Below are positions 35,301 to 36,178 of a stretch of DNA of 36,178 nt, one piece after another; position 1 is the first letter of the stretch, and each line of letters opens with the position of its first letter. Source of the DNA: Thermoanaerobaculia bacterium (GTDB lineage: Bacteria > Acidobacteriota > Thermoanaerobaculia > Gp7-AA8). Location: contig JAMPYE010000003.1 in the NCBI GenBank assembly GCA_023700825.1, positions 1 through 36,178 of the forward strand, in the 5' to 3' direction. The notes beneath the pieces were generated by a model. That model searched no databases. It was not told the origin of the DNA and worked only from the letters and a program-made list of their open reading frames with translations. Both the position numbers and the translations under genes were made by a program.

Positions 35301-36094
35301 TGACCGTGGCGGGCAACTATGTGTACCTGGTGTGTGACCGGGGACTACAGATCATCGATGTCAACGATCCGCTCAAGCCGTCGATCATCGCAACGGTCCC
35401 GGAGATCAAGCATGGCACGGCGGTCGCCGTGCAGTTCCGGTACGCGTTCGTGACCGATGCCGACGGGCTGAAGGTCGTCGACATCACGACTCCGAGCCAG
35501 CCGCGCCTCGCCGCAACCGTGCCGCTCGAGGACGCGCGCAACGTCTACGTCGCGAGAACCTACGCGTACGTGGCGGGCGGCAAGCAGGGAATGGTGATCG
35601 TCGACGTGGAGAAGCCGGAGCAGCCGTTCGTCGACCAGGTGTACGACGCCGAGGGCGAGATGCACGGGGTCAATGACATCAAGGTGGGCTCCACGTCGTC
35701 GAGTCTCTACGCCTACGTCGGCGACGAGCACGGGCTTTTCGTCATCCAGCTGACGTCACCGAAGACGGTGCCTGGGTTCGAGGGCTTCTCGCCCCGTCCG
35801 GTCCCGAACCTCATCGCGAAGCGGCACACGCACTCGGCGGTGCTCGCGCTCTCGAAGGGGCTCGATCGCGACAGGGCTGCCGACGAGAGCGGGAACCAGA
35901 CGATCGTCTTCAACAGGCAGGGAGCCCGGCCGATGAACCTGACCGAGCTGCAGAGAATGTACCTGAGAGACGGCCGCCTCTGGACGGTCAAGGCGACGCC
36001 GCCAGGCCCGCCGATGGATCCGCCTCCGGTTGGCGAACAGGCAACGGCGACGCCTGCCCCGAATTCGGCCACCACGACGGGAGGCGGACGATGA
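32315..36094 (+). CDS. Exported decaheme cytochrome c fused to a C-terminal LVIVD-repeat beta-propeller, 1259 aa
   Basis: Ten CxxCH motifs (CLGCH, CTDCH, CGGCH, CSACH, CMVCH, CVDCH, CENCH, CYTCH, CFGCH, CPDCH). Repeats YVY...GLQIIDVNDP, YAFV...GLKVVDITTP and YAYV...GMVIVDVEKP. N-terminal hydrophobic signal. Confidence 0.92.
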   Translation: MTQMIGKLTTNPPRAAIAVIAFVAILCLPAIVTSSTSGTQVDATTALMSQTHEQALAKSRSCLGCHEGIEDAHASDAVKLGCTDCHGGDANVAVTKGWSRESAEYEQAMNSSHVLPRHPENWVRDGRRTSSNPTNSYVDLMKEPAEFVKFINPGDLRVAQEACGGCHQKQVNNVPKSTMATAQTFWAAASYANGILGLKYGILGEHYTRDGEPGMIKETRTLTDEEKARGALSVALPLPRWELIQPGEYFRAFERGGIESGNTPPEPGNPNILEEAGKPDLRLSNRGRGTGLRISPALINIHKTRLNDPHLSFLGTNDHPGDYRSSGCSACHVVYANDRDPFNSGPYAKYGHQGLSQTGDPTIPKNEKGHPIRHRLSRAIPTAQCMVCHMHQPNSFVNTYLGYTMWENEINAEFMYPKKQKYPTAEEEDAIHIHNPEGSSVRGLWSDTDFLEKVSELNPKLEDGQFADYHGHGWIFKAIFKKDRKGNLLDKDDNIVSFEDPEKFKKAVHLKDIHLEKGMHCVDCHFEVDNHGDSYLKSEYAETIEIDCENCHGDNDSYANLRTTGPAAPKGGTDLSLMTTSGGRRRFAWIDGKLFQRSVVDPTLEWEVSQVKDSITPGHPQYNEKSRYAKTIQKDGSTWGLPATADKLAHSNQKMSCYTCHSSWITSCFGCHLPQKSNRKTEMQHYEGTETRNYASYNPQVVRSDVYMLGVHGRAEKGKIAPVRSSSALMLSSTQSNRQKIYNQQTTISAPGFNGQAFNPHVPHTVRTRETKGCPDCHVSEANDNNAWMAQLLLQGTNWVNFIGKYAWVATGDEGIEAIRVTEDPEPQAVIGSTLHKIVYPDYYAKHEKNHKELEDAYHHHGHGIRSLQQRGEYLYVAKGHDGVQVYDIAVVDNKDYSERFVSSPFTKYGQNTKIKTKYATAIALPTNMPMAPHRKPLPGEQLIHPTYSYAYISDKEEGLILFNSNTFTDGDPLNNFIERAVTFNPDDALHGAMNLTVAGNYVYLVCDRGLQIIDVNDPLKPSIIATVPEIKHGTAVAVQFRYAFVTDADGLKVVDITTPSQPRLAATVPLEDARNVYVARTYAYVAGGKQGMVIVDVEKPEQPFVDQVYDAEGEMHGVNDIKVGSTSSSLYAYVGDEHGLFVIQLTSPKTVPGFEGFSPRPVPNLIAKRHTHSAVLALSKGLDRDRAADESGNQTIVFNRQGARPMNLTELQRMYLRDGRLWTVKATPPGPPMDPPPVGEQATATPAPNSATTTGGGR

Positions 36095-36150
36095 CCGTCG
36101 TGACGCCACGTACTCGCGCGCATGCAGAAGAGATGAAAAGGGAGTCGAAC

Positions 36151-36178
36151 ATGAAACGTCTCATGTCGATCGCAGCGA
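36151..36178 (+). CDS. Start of a further, probably exported, gene (MKRLMSIAA...), truncated by the window end
   Basis: AGGGAG RBS before ATG 36151. The frame is open from ATG 36091, which overlaps the upstream stop. Only 9 codons are visible. Confidence 0.5.

Noticed and set aside
26036-36094. Calling the cluster mtrCAB/pioAB/mtoAB because it has two decahemes and a barrel
   Set aside because: The domain architectures (FHA/TM-flanked; 1259-aa propeller fusion) and heme spacing differ from MtrA/MtrC. The similarity is only organisational.
1-36178. CRISPR array, tRNA/rRNA, transposase, integrase or prophage
   Set aside because: No regularly spaced repeats, RNA-gene signatures or mobility-protein motifs were recognised. 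Intergenic gaps are short.

Overview
High-GC bacterial DNA. The gene content (DUF4388/FHA proteins, System I ccm, GAF/PAS c-di-GMP enzymes) is compatible with Acidobacteriota or a similar diderm lineage; this is inference, not tested. The left ~13.6 kb is a mixed housekeeping/accessory stretch: 5'-truncated glgB, a flavin reductase, a subclass B3 metallo-beta-lactamase, moaA, two related exported hypotheticals, a GAF-GAF-GGDEF protein, ggt, a PAS-GGDEF-EAL protein, fdhD and a lytic transglycosylase. A complete cytochrome c maturation operon (ccmABCDEFGHI, 13.7-21.1 kb) follows, then a DUF4388-FHA gene. The most interesting part is a co-oriented cluster from 22760 to the window end. It encodes a TrxR-fold flavoprotein fused to two cNMP-binding domains and a 4x[4Fe-4S] domain, a probable di-heme b membrane protein, a two-TM decaheme cytochrome c flanked by two FHA domains, an exported tandem GlcG/HbpS-like protein, an Ig-domain outer-membrane beta-barrel, and a second decaheme cytochrome fused to an LVIVD beta-propeller. 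Together these look like an NAD(P)H-to-cell-surface electron conduit or redox-signalling system with built-in cyclic-nucleotide and phosphothreonine control. I know of no characterised example, but no database search could be run. No rRNA, tRNA, CRISPR array or transposase was recognised.
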